A DNA stretch of 64,000 nt from Octopus sinensis (Eukaryota), in assembly GCF_006345805.1 (NCBI RefSeq), contig NC_043015.1:34844001-34908000 (forward strand), written 5' to 3'. A program made the translations under genes and the position numbers. Below, in pieces: positions 25,401 to 37,527 of this stretch. Below the pieces are notes generated by a model. It made no database searches. It was not told where the DNA came from and saw nothing but the letters and a program-made list of their open reading frames with translations. The first letter of the stretch is position 1, and each line of letters opens with the position of its first letter.

Positions 25401-28400
25401 TCTCCAGATCACAATTTTCACTCCTCTACCTACCTAGCAAACCATTTACAAATAGTACTCTCAGCTATGGCACCCTCTCTTCTACTATTTGTACAACTTT
25501 TTTTTCTTTCTGGAAACAAAAGAGTATTAAATGAGGAAAATGTATTTCATTTTCCTCCATTTGCATTTTTTTAACATAAAAGCAGTATAAATAAACTAAC
25601 CACACAGTAATCATACAGAAAGATGTGTTGAAATCTTACCTCTCGGAAAATGTCATATTATTCTGGCACAGGAGAAATGAAATCACATGTTTAAATTCTA
25701 CTAGTTGAAAAACAGCATGAACTTTTGTTCCAACTCAATACATGATAAACTTGCTACATATTGTAAAAATTTAAGTAAAATAATTCCTGTGCCATACTAA
25801 TTTAGAAATCGTTAAACATCCTAATATAGCTTTCAAAAGTAGTATCATTGTCAATAATTTTCAAATATTTAAAATAACTTGTTTGTTAATTATGATAGTA
25901 TATAACCTTTCATATATTCAACTTAATTGTTTACAGTAGATAAAGCCATTCCCAGCAGTGATAATGCAAGTCCAGGCAATACATTTTCTGTTTTCAATCA
26001 ACAAGATCAAATTCTCCAACCAAAATATAACTCGTGAGTAAATTTTTTTTTATTGTTGCTACATCATGTTAATGAGAAAAGTATGAAGAGGTTTGGCATG
26101 TGGAATCTTGAAAACTGTAAATTATTTTTCTAACTTTTCATTGACTTAATATTTATTATGAACTAGATTTACTGGTCTTTATTTTTTAATGAACATTGCA
26201 TATTTGAAACTGATTTTGTTTAGACCATATTAATATGCAATTTTCTGAAGCTATTTAGATTTTTTAGCCTTGTAACAAAAAAGAAAAAAATGTTATATAT
26301 TAAACGTGAATTCATTTCAATATAAATGGTCATTAAGGTTGCAAATTAACAGACAAAATGTTTGGCAGCATTTCATCTGTTTTTACATTCTGAGTTCAAA
26401 TTCTACCAAGGTCAACATTGCCTTTCATCCTTTCAGGGTCGATAAAATAAGTACCAGTTGAACACTGAGGTTGATGTATTTTACATACCTCCTCCCCCAA
26501 AATTACTGGTCTTGTGCCAAAATTTGAAACCAATATTAGTGATCATCATTTAACGCCAGCATGGAAAGCAGACATTAAACAACAATTCATTTTTAAGTGA
26601 AACTCCTTTTTACTATCCAAATCCTTCAAAAGTTTCTATTTTAACTTAAACTATTCTAAGTTATTTATTTATAAATTCACTCTGGATTTGCAATAAAAAC
26701 AAAATATAGATATATTGTTAACATTTCCATTAGCATAGTATCACAAGTTTACATTGCTGCCACAGCTTTTTACAGTGAGCTAATCTACTGTAATGTACCT
26801 GATTACAGTTAGGTGGTATGAACCCATTATCTTGGTTATAAAATCAGTAAAATACAAGTGACAAATTATAAACTATCAATCAACTTTGAACAGTTGTCCA
26901 ATAATTACTATTTACAGTATTTGTCCTTTCAAGGCAATCTCAGTTCATCATCATCATCATCATTTAACATCCATTTTCCATGCTGGTATGAGTTGGACAG
27001 AACTGGTGAGCCAGGGAGCTGTGTCAAGTTCCAATCTGATTTGGCATGGTTTCTACAGCTGGATGCCCTTCCTAACACCAACCACTCCAAGAGTGTAGTG
27101 GGTGCTTTTTACATGCCACGACTACAATCTCACTTGACTTGACAGTTCTTCTCAAGCATGGTATATCAGCAAGGGTCTCGGTCACCTGTCACTGCCTCCA
27201 TGATGTTAAACATTTGAACGGTGTTTTATACATGCCACTGACATCAGCTACGACTATGATAGGTCATCTCAAGCACAACATATCACCCAACGTTCAAAGG
27301 GTGTTTTGTTTTTATGCACCAGTTAAGCAACACCTGCATCAGCCATGTCTATGATCTCACTTAGCTTGACAGGTCTTCTTCTCATGCACAGCGTATCACC
27401 AAAGGTCTCAGTCACTTGTCATTACCTCCGTGAAATCCAACATTTGAAGGACATCAAATTTCAGAAATTCTCTATTTTGTTTCTTTCTGTTATATATTTC
27501 TTTTTGTAATTAATATTCTCATTGTAACTAGATACTGTTTGTGTGTTTCTTTCTTCATCTGACATTTAGCTAATTTAGCTCATTTCGGTTCAAATGATCT
27601 AGCTAGTTGACTTACAGTGAATCATTAAATCAAACTGATCTATACTATATTTTTATTATGTCACAATGCTCATTGAATAAGTAAAAAACTTAGAGTAAAG
27701 TATGTGCCAGCACAGCAAAAGTAATGGCAAACTAATTTGTAGATTAGGGCATGTGATGTTCAGGATGTGTGCTTATATATTATCTTGAAGAAGAAAATTG
27801 GGAGTGGTTTGTGTATTTACCAAACCTTTTTTTTTCAATCTCTTCAGTTGGCCTGTTTCCTTTTTCTGTTTTTGTTGGTACTTACAAAAATCATTTACAT
27901 TAAAATCACAATTAATTTATAATTTGATTCATGGGCCTCTTTCTCACCACAAACAGTGAATAGAAACAGGGCATCTTACTGTGTTGGATATAAGTAGAAT
28001 AGCTATCCTGATAGCACTAAGTAACAAACAAATGATCTTGTGAAGATAACAAAAGCAACTTAAAAGAAATGAAATGGCAGGCATTTTGTAGTGGAATTGG
28101 TAACATATTTATCTGGCGTGTAGTGACACATTCATGGTTCACATTGCATCAGTGAGAGAGAGTATCTCTTTTCAGTCTCAAATTGGTGTGTTGTCTAAGA
28201 TCATAAACTGAAATGATACAGAGGTTTAGTTCATTTAAGAATTTAAACAATCACAAGCAATACAAAAGAGACTTCACTGGGAATATCTTGGGAATCATCA
28301 AATTCGATTAGGTTTTATGAATCTGCCTAGGAATGTGCTGGTCAGTGGCAGAAGTATGTGGGAAATGTATTTCAGACAGGAGTTCTTTTTTTTTATGTTT

Positions 28401-28589
28401 TTTGTTTTCAGAATGTATTCACAAATGCTGGTGTGACTGTATGTGGTAAGAAGTTTGCTTCCCAACCACATGGTTCCAAGTTCAGTCCCACACCGTGGCA
28501 CCTTGGGCATGTGTCTTCTTCTATAGCCTCAGGCCACCCAATGCCTTGTGAGTGGATTTGGTAGATGGAAACTGAAAGAAGCCTCTGTG

Positions 28590-28635
<46 letters not shown>

Positions 28636-30178
28636 ATGTCTCAATAATTTGGTTGGTGTGTTTATGTAACTTAGCTGTTTGGCAAAAGAGATAACTTCAA
28701 GGTTTAAGTTACCCGATTATTGTTTTTGGCATCGCTTGAGCAGACAATATTAGGGGAATAAAAGACCTTATTCATCTGAAAGAATTTCCATTGTTTATGC
28801 GTGCACAAAATTTGAAAGATGAATGTTAGTAGTTTGCCCCTCTACATACTTTTATCTACATTCAGCTTATCTGAAATAATTTCACATTCTTTTACCTGGT
28901 CCTGTTTATAATCTCTGAACTGGTATATCATATTTCTGGCATTGCTTTCAGTTTTGATGTGTTCCACAGATCTGAGCCAAAGTGTGACTAACCTTCTACA
29001 AGTTGTATTCTACGACTAATTTTTGCTATCAGTTTATAAAGCTTGTAAACTCAGTTTCATAAACTATTGCAACTTATGAGTTGAAGTTTTATTTAACTTG
29101 TTCTCACTAGAAACAGAAATTATGATATCAGCTGTGAAGTGTACTTGAATAAAAAATTATGTTACCAATGAAAACAGCTTCTTATTTTGTTTTCTTAGCT
29201 GTATGATGTATTTGTCAATCATAGTGTTATTACCAAACTGCAGACTAGAGTTTGATCCTAGGAACATTACAAATAAACAGAATCAGATTTTGTGCTGCAA
29301 ATCTCTTGATTCTGCTTCCATGCTTGGGACCTTTTCTCTACTTAGATTGATTCAATTATAAGAATCAGGTCATTGGCAACAGTAGTTCCCACAAACAGCT
29401 GGTCTTGAACTGTTCTGCTTTGACTTGGAGAACTATAATATGCAAGAGAGGTTTGCCCTGATGGACATCTGTGTGCATACTGATCCTTTACTGAACTTGT
29501 TGCCAAGTCCCACTCTGTTGATAGCAGCATTCTCATACATGTTTTTCACTGCTCTCGCAGACTATTCATCTACAACTAGTTTTCTTAGCAAGAACCAAAA
29601 TCATGTCAAAAGCTTTCTCTAAGTCAGGAATTGCTAAGTATAGTAGCCTGCTCTTAGCTATGTCCTATTAAGAAACAGTCATCAGTGAAATTCCATCTTG
29701 GCATAAACCCAACCTGCATCTTATTTATGACTAGCAGTGCTTCCCTGCATTGCCCGGGTGTTATGACCTTACAGCTGAACTATAGTGAACTGGATTACTG
29801 GTGTAATGGAAGTTATTGTTTGTTTAAAAGTGAAGGGAGGAGGGTACAATTTGCATGGGTTTGCACAAAAGTGCTTTCTGTTCTTAAGAAGGTCACAAAT
29901 TATGTATTGTTTCATCATATGAAAAGGGCTTAATATGATTTTGCCCAGAAATCACATTTTCAAAATTTTAATTTCCCCCCATCCCCACCGCAATTTATTA
30001 ATTTGTAACTTTTTTCAAATTTTTTTTTTCCACAGAAAAAAAGCTTAAGTTTTCTTAAAGAAACACTCAATGCCCCTTCCCCCACCTCGCTCACCCATCA
30101 CCTCATGAGAGTGAGTGAGTGAAGGTGTGTGTTGTATGTAATTTTTTGCTTGTATGTGTAAGTGGCTGTCTCTCTCTT

Positions 30179-30213
<35 letters not shown>

Positions 30214-33200
30214 TTATTTTTCAAATACACATACAGAAATACATATTCATACATCTTTTTTGTATGTATGTGTGCATGTGGGCGAGAGTGAATGACTCAA
30301 TTTCCTCATAACATATAGAGAAATGGATGTCTTTTAATGATATTTTTTGGTTGTGGCTTATTTTAATACAATATTTATGTGTACATTTTCATAAATGTTT
30401 GTCTAAGTAGAATTCTACACTTGAGTGAAACATTAGAAGCAAATTGAAATATTGCCCGAAAATGACATCAAAACTGTGTGACCCAACCTCGTTTCCGAGG
30501 TTATTTTAGTTGTAAAATAGAGTTGTTGTACCAAAAACACAGTTTATTGGTAGCCTTTATTTTGGGTCATCCCATTAATAATGTGGTTTTTTATACTTCT
30601 TTTATTCTTCAAAATTAAGATAAACAAAATTCTTTTTTAATCTAAAATATACTCTCCTTCATTTTCTGCAATGCTCTTCCATCTATCTAGTAGACTTGCA
30701 AGACCCCTCTTCCAAAATTCACTTGTCCGAGACGAAAAATACTCCTCCAATACTATTCTGACCTCTACAGAATTCATATTTTTGCCATCCAAATGATTTT
30801 GAAGACTGCAGAATAAATGATAATCAGTTGAAACAATATCTGGTGAATATAGTTTCCCATTAAAACTGCTCCAGCCTTTCGAATGTCATCCTTGTTGTAC
30901 GTGACCAAGCATTATCCTGATGGAAGAACACCTTTTGTCTTGAAACCAAAGATGGTCATTTTTCTTATAGCACTGTCTTGAATGACTGGTTGAATGACCA
31001 AATCCAAGCTTCCTTGCTAGTTCCTCAACAGTTACGATGGGATTTTATTCCACCAGGTTTTGCAGGATGTCCTTGTCAAGCTCTACAGATCTTCTAGGCT
31101 GTAGTTTCCAACTCAGAATTTCTGGAACCACCATTGACACTGGCTTACACTTATTGTCCAAGCCCCACATACTGCATTAATATTCCTTGCACTTTCCGTT
31201 GCTTTGTTGAACTCATAAAGCAAAATATGCTCCTTTGTCACTTCCATTATAGCTTTGAAAAAATAACTGTTAAAATCGAACTGCACTCTTCAAAACTTGC
31301 ACTGATAGTCTTTTGATACCCCATACGTCACAATTGTCAACTCAGTTCACGAATGCATCACACACACATACAAATCCTCTTTAATATAGATAATTCTCTT
31401 CCTCATCCGCTCTGCTCACTGGTCTTTCTCTCACTATCAGATGGTGCTTTTATACATGCTTCTTTCTAAAGCATCTCTTTTGTTCTTTTAGTAATTGATG
31501 ATGATACTGCTATATCAGTCATTGGGAATGATATCCACTCCATGACCCACAAGCCTGTAACAGGGCTTCTACATAGTCATTTGACTTGTTAGAAATAGCA
31601 GCCAAATCTCCCTTCTATCAAACTCTGTCATCTTTAAAAAAGGAAGAACACGTAATGTAATTCTAAATATAAAAAGTTGAAATGATCAAGGCTGGAATGA
31701 CTCTGGTCAAAAGGTCTGCTTTATCAAGACTGACATGGGGCTGAGAACAAACCAGTGAGAAAGCTTCTATGAAGTTGCTTGACCTGCTAGAAATAGCAAG
31801 CAAATCTCCCTCAAATCACACCTTGCTATCTTAGAAAAGAAAAGAACACATGTGATAATGTGATCCCAAATAATTCTAAAAATTGTGGGATGGTCATGGC
31901 TAGAATGCATTTGATTGATTAGGCAGGTAACTAGTGCATGCATTTCGTTGCCAGGTAGTTTCCGCTTCTCCGTAACTAATCCTATAATGGTCAAGCTTTC
32001 CTTGCCTTCATATTCATAATGCCTATTTCAGTCGTGTAACTCAACAGTTGATCTCTCTCTCTCGCTGTTCATTTAGTAATCCTTCATCGTAATATTTCCA
32101 GGCCTCTTTCTTCCCTTTTACAGTGAATTTAATGCACTACTACCTTTCCATACATCTTTTTATTTACAATGGCCTGATTTGTTGTGCATACACACCATTT
32201 TGTAATCTGGAAATCTCATACCTCTTTCCTCTTGTCACACAACATTGACATTCTCTTCACACTAAGCATACTTGACATCCTGCTTAGTATCTAGCTACCT
32301 GTAGTCTTACTTTCATCGATCCTTCCAGGTCTGTGCTTTTATGTCTCGATCTATTGTAATATTTCACCATCATTTAGTGCTGGAATCCTCTTTCATCCAC
32401 AGATTGTCTGGTAGAAACTTGTAGTTGTCTTCTGTATTTTCTATTTCATCATCGTCGTCGTCATCATCATCATAGGTATTGCCTAGTATTTCTTTGGACT
32501 TCTGTATGGCTGAGAGCTTTTTCAACTTCCATAACCACCTTCCTCAGAAAGTCTTGTATTTTTATATCTGTTTGTCTCTTATCATAATGTTGCTAATCAC
32601 TTGTCTATGTTAAACAGTAGATTGTTTTTACAAGGAAAAGACTTAGTATTTACAGCTGCCTATTCTATTACCTTGTGAACAGGAATTTTATCAAGTTTGC
32701 AAGTTCACTTCAGTAGCAGGTGATCTAGTGGTGGTTGCTAGGTTTTTTTAAATAAGTCTTGCAAATGAACTGAGATAACTTTAGTCAAAAAATATAACTG
32801 TTCTAAATTTTACCTTTAGCACTATTTGTACATTTGTCCAGATATTTTTTTAACATTTTATATTCATTTATTATCATAAACATAAAACACTTTTGTAAGT
32901 CGTTTATCTATCAAATATATAGAATATGTTTGATATGATATCAGTAACAATAAAATAGAAACTTTTTTTTTCTAGATTTTAGTTCCTATCTCAAGATATA
33001 TTTTAAAATGTGCAACCATCTGGGTACAAATTTTATCAATAATTAAGAAATGGAAATGTATGATTCCTTTTAAATTCTTCTGCCTTGGATTATGAATGCA
33101 AAGTTCTACCATAGTAGCACAAAAGTTAAAATGGTAGAAGTTATAATTTATTTTTGTAAAATTATGTCTTTCTTCTATTTTCAGCTTATTACATACCAAA

Positions 33201-35551
33201 TTGAGTGAGTAGTATCTTAATTTATTCCTAACAATTAACATTATACATTCTAGAGTTAACTTTAGTTTATGTTTTTTTCTCATAAAATGCTATTAGCATA
33301 TTTTATATTTAATATTTCATAATTTATTAGACTAGTGTTAATATATGAAAACAAACACTTTCTCTATTTCCTTTTTATTGCTTAAATGTATGAAATACTC
33401 CAATTCAAAATGTAAGATTGAAACGTTAATGTTTGCAGGGGATCGAAATATTGCTTTTAGTCGTCATTTAAGAGAAGCACTGAAGCATATTTATGTATCA
33501 TCAACTAAAAATCTTATCACAAACTCTCAGAATCTATTCAAAACACAGGCAGCTATTCAGGTAATCGTCTCAATTTCTTTTGCAATTTTTCTTCTTTGTC
33601 TCTTTTCTATCAAAGAAAATTTCTTCAGACATAATAAATCTTTTTAAACAAATATATAATTTTTTTATTTGGTCTAATGTGTATTCAGTTTATTAATTAA
33701 TTAATACTAATTACTGTTACCATGATTTTGGTTTAATTATATTGCTAATAAATAATAGTTTTATAACCCGGACAGGGTAAACTCCTGTATAAGTTAGTGG
33801 TTATGGATTATTATATTGGACTCAAAACTTGAGAAAAACAGTTAACTTACATTTTCTCATGGTAGTTAATCTACCCAGAAACTGAGCTCATTAGGTGGAG
33901 TCCATCTTGGGTGCCTTGTTTAACATTACCTACCACTTGGGTGCCTTCAGTGGCATGTACTCTATTGTGACCATATACCCGAGGTTTCCAGCCCAAGGAT
34001 ACCTTGATAGTTTGATGCTTCTTACTGCAGTAACTCATGGATCTTTGTCTCTATTTCCTTTCTCCCACCAGTTTCAGAGGTGCTGCAAAAGGCCATAGGT
34101 GCTGATATGGAACTAACAAGCTAAAAAGTAATCAATGGAAGAGGCACAAGAAAACTGATTGGGAGATAAAATCTGAAATGCTATTCAAAAGAGAATATTT
34201 TCCAAACAATCGAATTACACTCTCTTTTGCTAACCAGTTTTCTAAATTTAGTGTAACATGTATCTCATAAATTTATTCCATTACTCATAAACATATCCAG
34301 GATATAATCAAGGTATGAGAATAGAGATGACAAAATGTATGTTATTGAAAAGCTCAGTGTACACAATAAATGAAGTAGATAGTCAGTTAGAACAGATTAC
34401 TTCATTGCAATTATGTGTGTTTAAAAACTCAATACATAGTGTACTAGGATCAGGCAACTGAAGATGAAACACAAGGAAAACCAAAGCCACCAAATACGAA
34501 ACCAACACACTCAACTAGAAACATCAATGAAACAGGCCATTCAACAGAAATGCTCTTAGCCTGATGATGGCTTCAATGCAGCCCTCTATGAATCCTTAGC
34601 ACCATGAAACCATTGGTCACCAACTCTTATCCCAATGACTCTTCAAATGCAGCATTCCAGAGGTGTCAAATTAGGAGTTAACTAGTTTTGGGGGTCACAT
34701 GATCTTGAAACTTCTTGGTTAGCCATTCCTGGATCATAAGTGTTATATGAAAGGGAACAGAATCTTGTTTGAATACAGCCACTCTCACCTGTCTATCTGA
34801 GATTTGACCAGTGTCCAGCATCTCAGTGCAGTAGTGTCAACCCTGAAGCCCTGCAGAGAGAGATGAGGCTGCATGACTTGTGTATCATGTTGGGTACCCC
34901 CTATTCACCATCTGTCTCATTGAGCTGCTCAGTAGTGGCCTTCATTGACCCACGAAGGTTGTTGATCTTGTCTTGGACTTGCTTGTTAAACTCAGTCACC
35001 TTGATGAAATATGGCTACTGAGAATATTTCTTTCTCTTGGATGTCATTGATATGTTCCCACTGCAAGCCCTTAGCTCTTTCTTGACCTTCAACACAAAGG
35101 TCTTGGCCACATTCATTCACCATAATTAGCAGCTAGAATCAGCAGCATGACATGCTCTTTCATTTACAGTTGGATTGGAATCTGTTGACACTGTTGATAT
35201 GTCTGAAAGAGAAATGAGAAGGTTAGGATTTAGTGCCTCCTGTGTAACATTATGGTTTGCTCAAGTTATGTTTACAAATGCCCAGCAGATAATGTACAAA
35301 GTCTTGTCAGTTTCCATTTTACTAATCCCCTGGATTAGAGGATTTGAATTTTTCTGATTGTACTCTGAAGCTTTTTCATTCAAGGTTCCATGTGATTACC
35401 ATTTGTCTTTATATATTATTTTATTTCTTTTCTTTTGAAGGATGTGTCACACAATATGCGTCTCCTGACCAATGACTTGTTCCGTATCCAAGATAAAATT
35501 GACATTATTACATCCTGTAATATACTTCCAGAGATTAAGCTTCCTAACTAA
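16597..35551 (+). CDS. BLOC1S3: BLOC-1 subunit 3-like protein, 6 exons, 193 aa (join 16597-16719, 23480-23588, 25937-26033, 33185-33204, 33439-33560, 35441-35551)
   Basis: All junctions GT-AG with matching phases (0,1,2,1,0); 582 nt open frame. Two VVxGExxES motifs and the C-terminus [28 protein letters not shown] match my recollection of human BLOS3 (VVPGEATETD; SVRLARGDLCALAERLDIVAGCRLLPDI). Confidence 0.9.
17540..18424 (+). mobile_element. CR1-clade LINE 3' fragment with (ATT)n tail
   Basis: ORF 17638-18351: [23 protein letters not shown]...[33 protein letters not shown]. Confidence 0.9.
18480..18898 (+). mobile_element. Penelope-like RT fragment (second subfamily)
   Basis: [45 protein letters not shown]; with stops. 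Confidence 0.75.
19460..19680. repeat. Long inverted repeat in BLOC1S3 intron 1
   Basis: 44-bp arms 19513-19556 and 19575-19618 with 2 mismatches and an 18-nt spacer; imperfect outer arms extend further. Confidence 0.9.
21430..22110 (+). mobile_element. Heavily decayed RTE-like LINE RT fragment
   Basis: LLFVDGIV (LLFADD-like), [17 protein letters not shown], plus C-terminal motif remnants. Confidence 0.55.
23480..23588 (+). CDS. BLOC1S3: BLOC1S3 exon 2 ([22 protein letters not shown]...PTLR)
   Basis: T-rich acceptor ending CATTAAG, donor A|GTAATT, phase 0 to 1. Confidence 0.88.
23650..24070 (-). mobile_element. Mariner transposase 5' fragment
   Basis: Decayed helix-turn-helix region ([10 protein letters not shown]-type) on the minus strand. 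Confidence 0.5.
24740..25310 (-). mobile_element. Mariner transposase fragment
   Basis: Remnants of the catalytic-domain region including a YSPDLAP-like segment. Confidence 0.6.
25937..26033 (+). CDS. BLOC1S3: BLOC1S3 exon 3 (DKAIPSS...QPKYNS)
   Basis: Acceptor TTTACAG, donor TC|GTGAGT, phase 1 to 2. Confidence 0.88.
26950..27440 (-). mobile_element. RTE LINE 3' tail; further tails at about 19090-19185, 22220-22460, 55205-55400, 56285-56710, 60690-60900
   Basis: Homologous to the 3' UTR of the RTE at 52.8 kb ((CAT)n TTTAAC...TTTCCATGCTGGCATGG...CTACAGCTGGATGCCCTTCC). Confidence 0.8.
29731..31390 (-). mobile_element. Non-autonomous Helitron containing a mariner fragment (about 30830-31320)
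   Basis: Same terminal signature as 12194-12714 (A|CTAGCAG...decayed hairpin; ...TATAGA|T). Confidence 0.6.
33185..33204 (+). CDS. BLOC1S3: BLOC1S3 exon 4, 20-nt microexon (LLHTKL)
   Basis: TTCTATTTTCAG|CTTATTACATACCAAATTGA|GTGAGT; required to restore the frame between exons 3 and 5. Confidence 0.88.
33439..33560 (+). CDS. BLOC1S3: BLOC1S3 exon 5 ([18 protein letters not shown]...TQAAIQ)
   Basis: TTTGCAG acceptor, CAG|GTAATC donor. Confidence 0.9.
35441..35551 (+). CDS. BLOC1S3: BLOC1S3 exon 6 (DVSHNMRLL...EIKLPN*)
   Basis: Long polypyrimidine tract plus AAG acceptor; TAA stop; AATAAA at 35598. Confidence 0.9.
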   Translation, partial: DVSHNMRLLTNDLFRIQDKIDIITSCNILPEIKLPN

Positions 35552-37069
35552 ACAAATTCAAGTCCTGAAGCAATTGAAATGACTATTAAAAATTGACAAT
35601 AAAACAATAATGGTTAAGTGATTGTAAAAGTCCAATAAACTCATTCTAGAAAAAAAAAATTCAATGGTTCTTGTTTTCAATTTTGAGAAACAATAAATTT
35701 AACTGTTAAAATAAAAATAATTATTTTAAAAGTAAAATTTGGATTATGTAGTGTTCACAGTATTTTTTGTCTATATTATCTTGATTTGCTTTCTTTGAAT
35801 AAAAGTTTATCACAATTTTTTTCATATCTTTAACAGCTTATCAACATTTTGACACTTTATATTCATTTGTATACCGTTTTCAAATTCATATATTTGTAGG
35901 AATGGTTTGATAGTTATCCCACTGGTTCCTTGGATCAATTATCACCATCTATCTATATATTACTGCTATGTGTAACTATTTTTCAACTTAAAAATTATAA
36001 TGTAGTATCAACATTTAAGCATCCAACTACCATCAGTAGCAAAAATATCTATATATTGTCAAAGACCTCAGATTAAGAAAGTGAAGTTAGTGAACAATTA
36101 ATGGAATTTAGACAGAAACATATTAGACCCTACTCTGGTTATGTATCAAAAGAAAATATAGGTTTTATTGTTGCTATTAAAGAAGAGAGAAAAATAAACA
36201 GAAATATACGTTTAGTAAGCAATCTAGAAATTTTGGGGACTGAAATTTGAAAATCACTTTTAGCATGAACTGACAGTAGGGCTGGTGAGGATGGTTGAGA
36301 TCAAAACAGACAAACCAGTTTAGATGCTACACAAAAATTTTGTTAATATGGTTCACTATAATTTTTATCAGACTAAAATCATTGTGTGTCATATATGAAA
36401 GCAGATTTTCTCAAAACTTACTCTGGTTGTCCTTCATAATAAGAGTTTCAATTGTCTAGCTCAGAAATAGTGGCAATGAAAGCAGTAGTGAAACATATCA
36501 GTAAATACTGGACTATAATAATTTGTTATGATGATTACATCACAAAGATTTGGATTCCTTGGTTGGGTCTTAAATAGTTACTGCATGTGTTGAGGTAGGG
36601 ATGAATAGCATGTTCTGAGGAGGGTGATTATGTTTGCGGTAAATGGATCACGAAAGGTAGACCAAAGAAAAGGTGGAAGGGACAGGTGGAGGAGGAGAGT
36701 GGGAGGGTTGGTTTGAAAAAGGAGGATGCCCAAAACCAGGCAAGATGGTGTGAAGGTGGTTGCTATGGCATTGAGGTAGATCCGGCCACTGCCATTAACT
36801 CCCAGATTAAAACACTGGATGATGATGATTCTCAATAAAGCAGTAGTTGTCCTACATACTGAAGACATATTTTCACTATCATTGTATTTCTGAGAGATAA
36901 CAATCAAACACAATGCCTTTTATCCTTTTTTTCAAACAGTTACACAACACTTTTTATTTAACTAAATTTTTCAAAACTCTACCATTTTTGGCTTCGTCTC
37001 TTTCCAAAACTTGCACCATCCAGGCTTGTCAAGACAGGGGAACATGAAGGCCATTCAAAATAGGCTTCA

Positions 37070-37527
37070 CACATGTTTCCAGCAAGATGGGGCAACTGTT
37101 CATACTGCAAGAGAAACAATGCAGTTGCTACGGCAGTGATTTGGAGAGAGAAAAATCTCCAACTACAGCAATGTCAACTGGCCTTCACGTTTTCCAGAGT
37201 TGACTAGTTTGGATTTTTTCTTATGGGGATACCTGAAAGAGAGGGTTTACATCAACAAACTGGAGACCCTAGTGCAACTGAAGGAGAACATCAATAAATA
37301 AATCAGAGAAGTGGGTCTGAAACTCTTTTGAGTGTTATGATGCAAGTTTTGGAAAGAGCACAGGCATGTGAACCAATGTCATTTTTCATAAGTGTTGCAA
37401 AATTTGACTTGTGCATATTAATTTCCATTATGTCCTTTATATTGAATCAAAACTTCATGCATTTATTTGTAAAGCTAAAGAAGTTATTATAAATTGAAAC
37501 CCATTGGTGACTTTTGAGACACCCTGT
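37070..37527 (+). mobile_element. Tc1/mariner transposase 3' fragment with right terminal repeat
   Basis: FQQDGATVHTA, NWPSRFPELTSLDFFLWGYLKERVY; ends GAGACACCCTGTA. Confidence 0.85.

Noticed and set aside
25940-26033. Alternative reading of exon 3 ([12 protein letters not shown]...) that would join exon 1 directly to exon 5
   Set aside because: Phase-compatible, but it omits the conserved [10 protein letters not shown] and PKYNSLLHxKL segments that the six-exon model recovers.
29200-29350. Open frame after TTTCTTAG ([10 protein letters not shown]...)
   Set aside because: No donor, not needed for the BLOC1S3 frame, no homology recognised.
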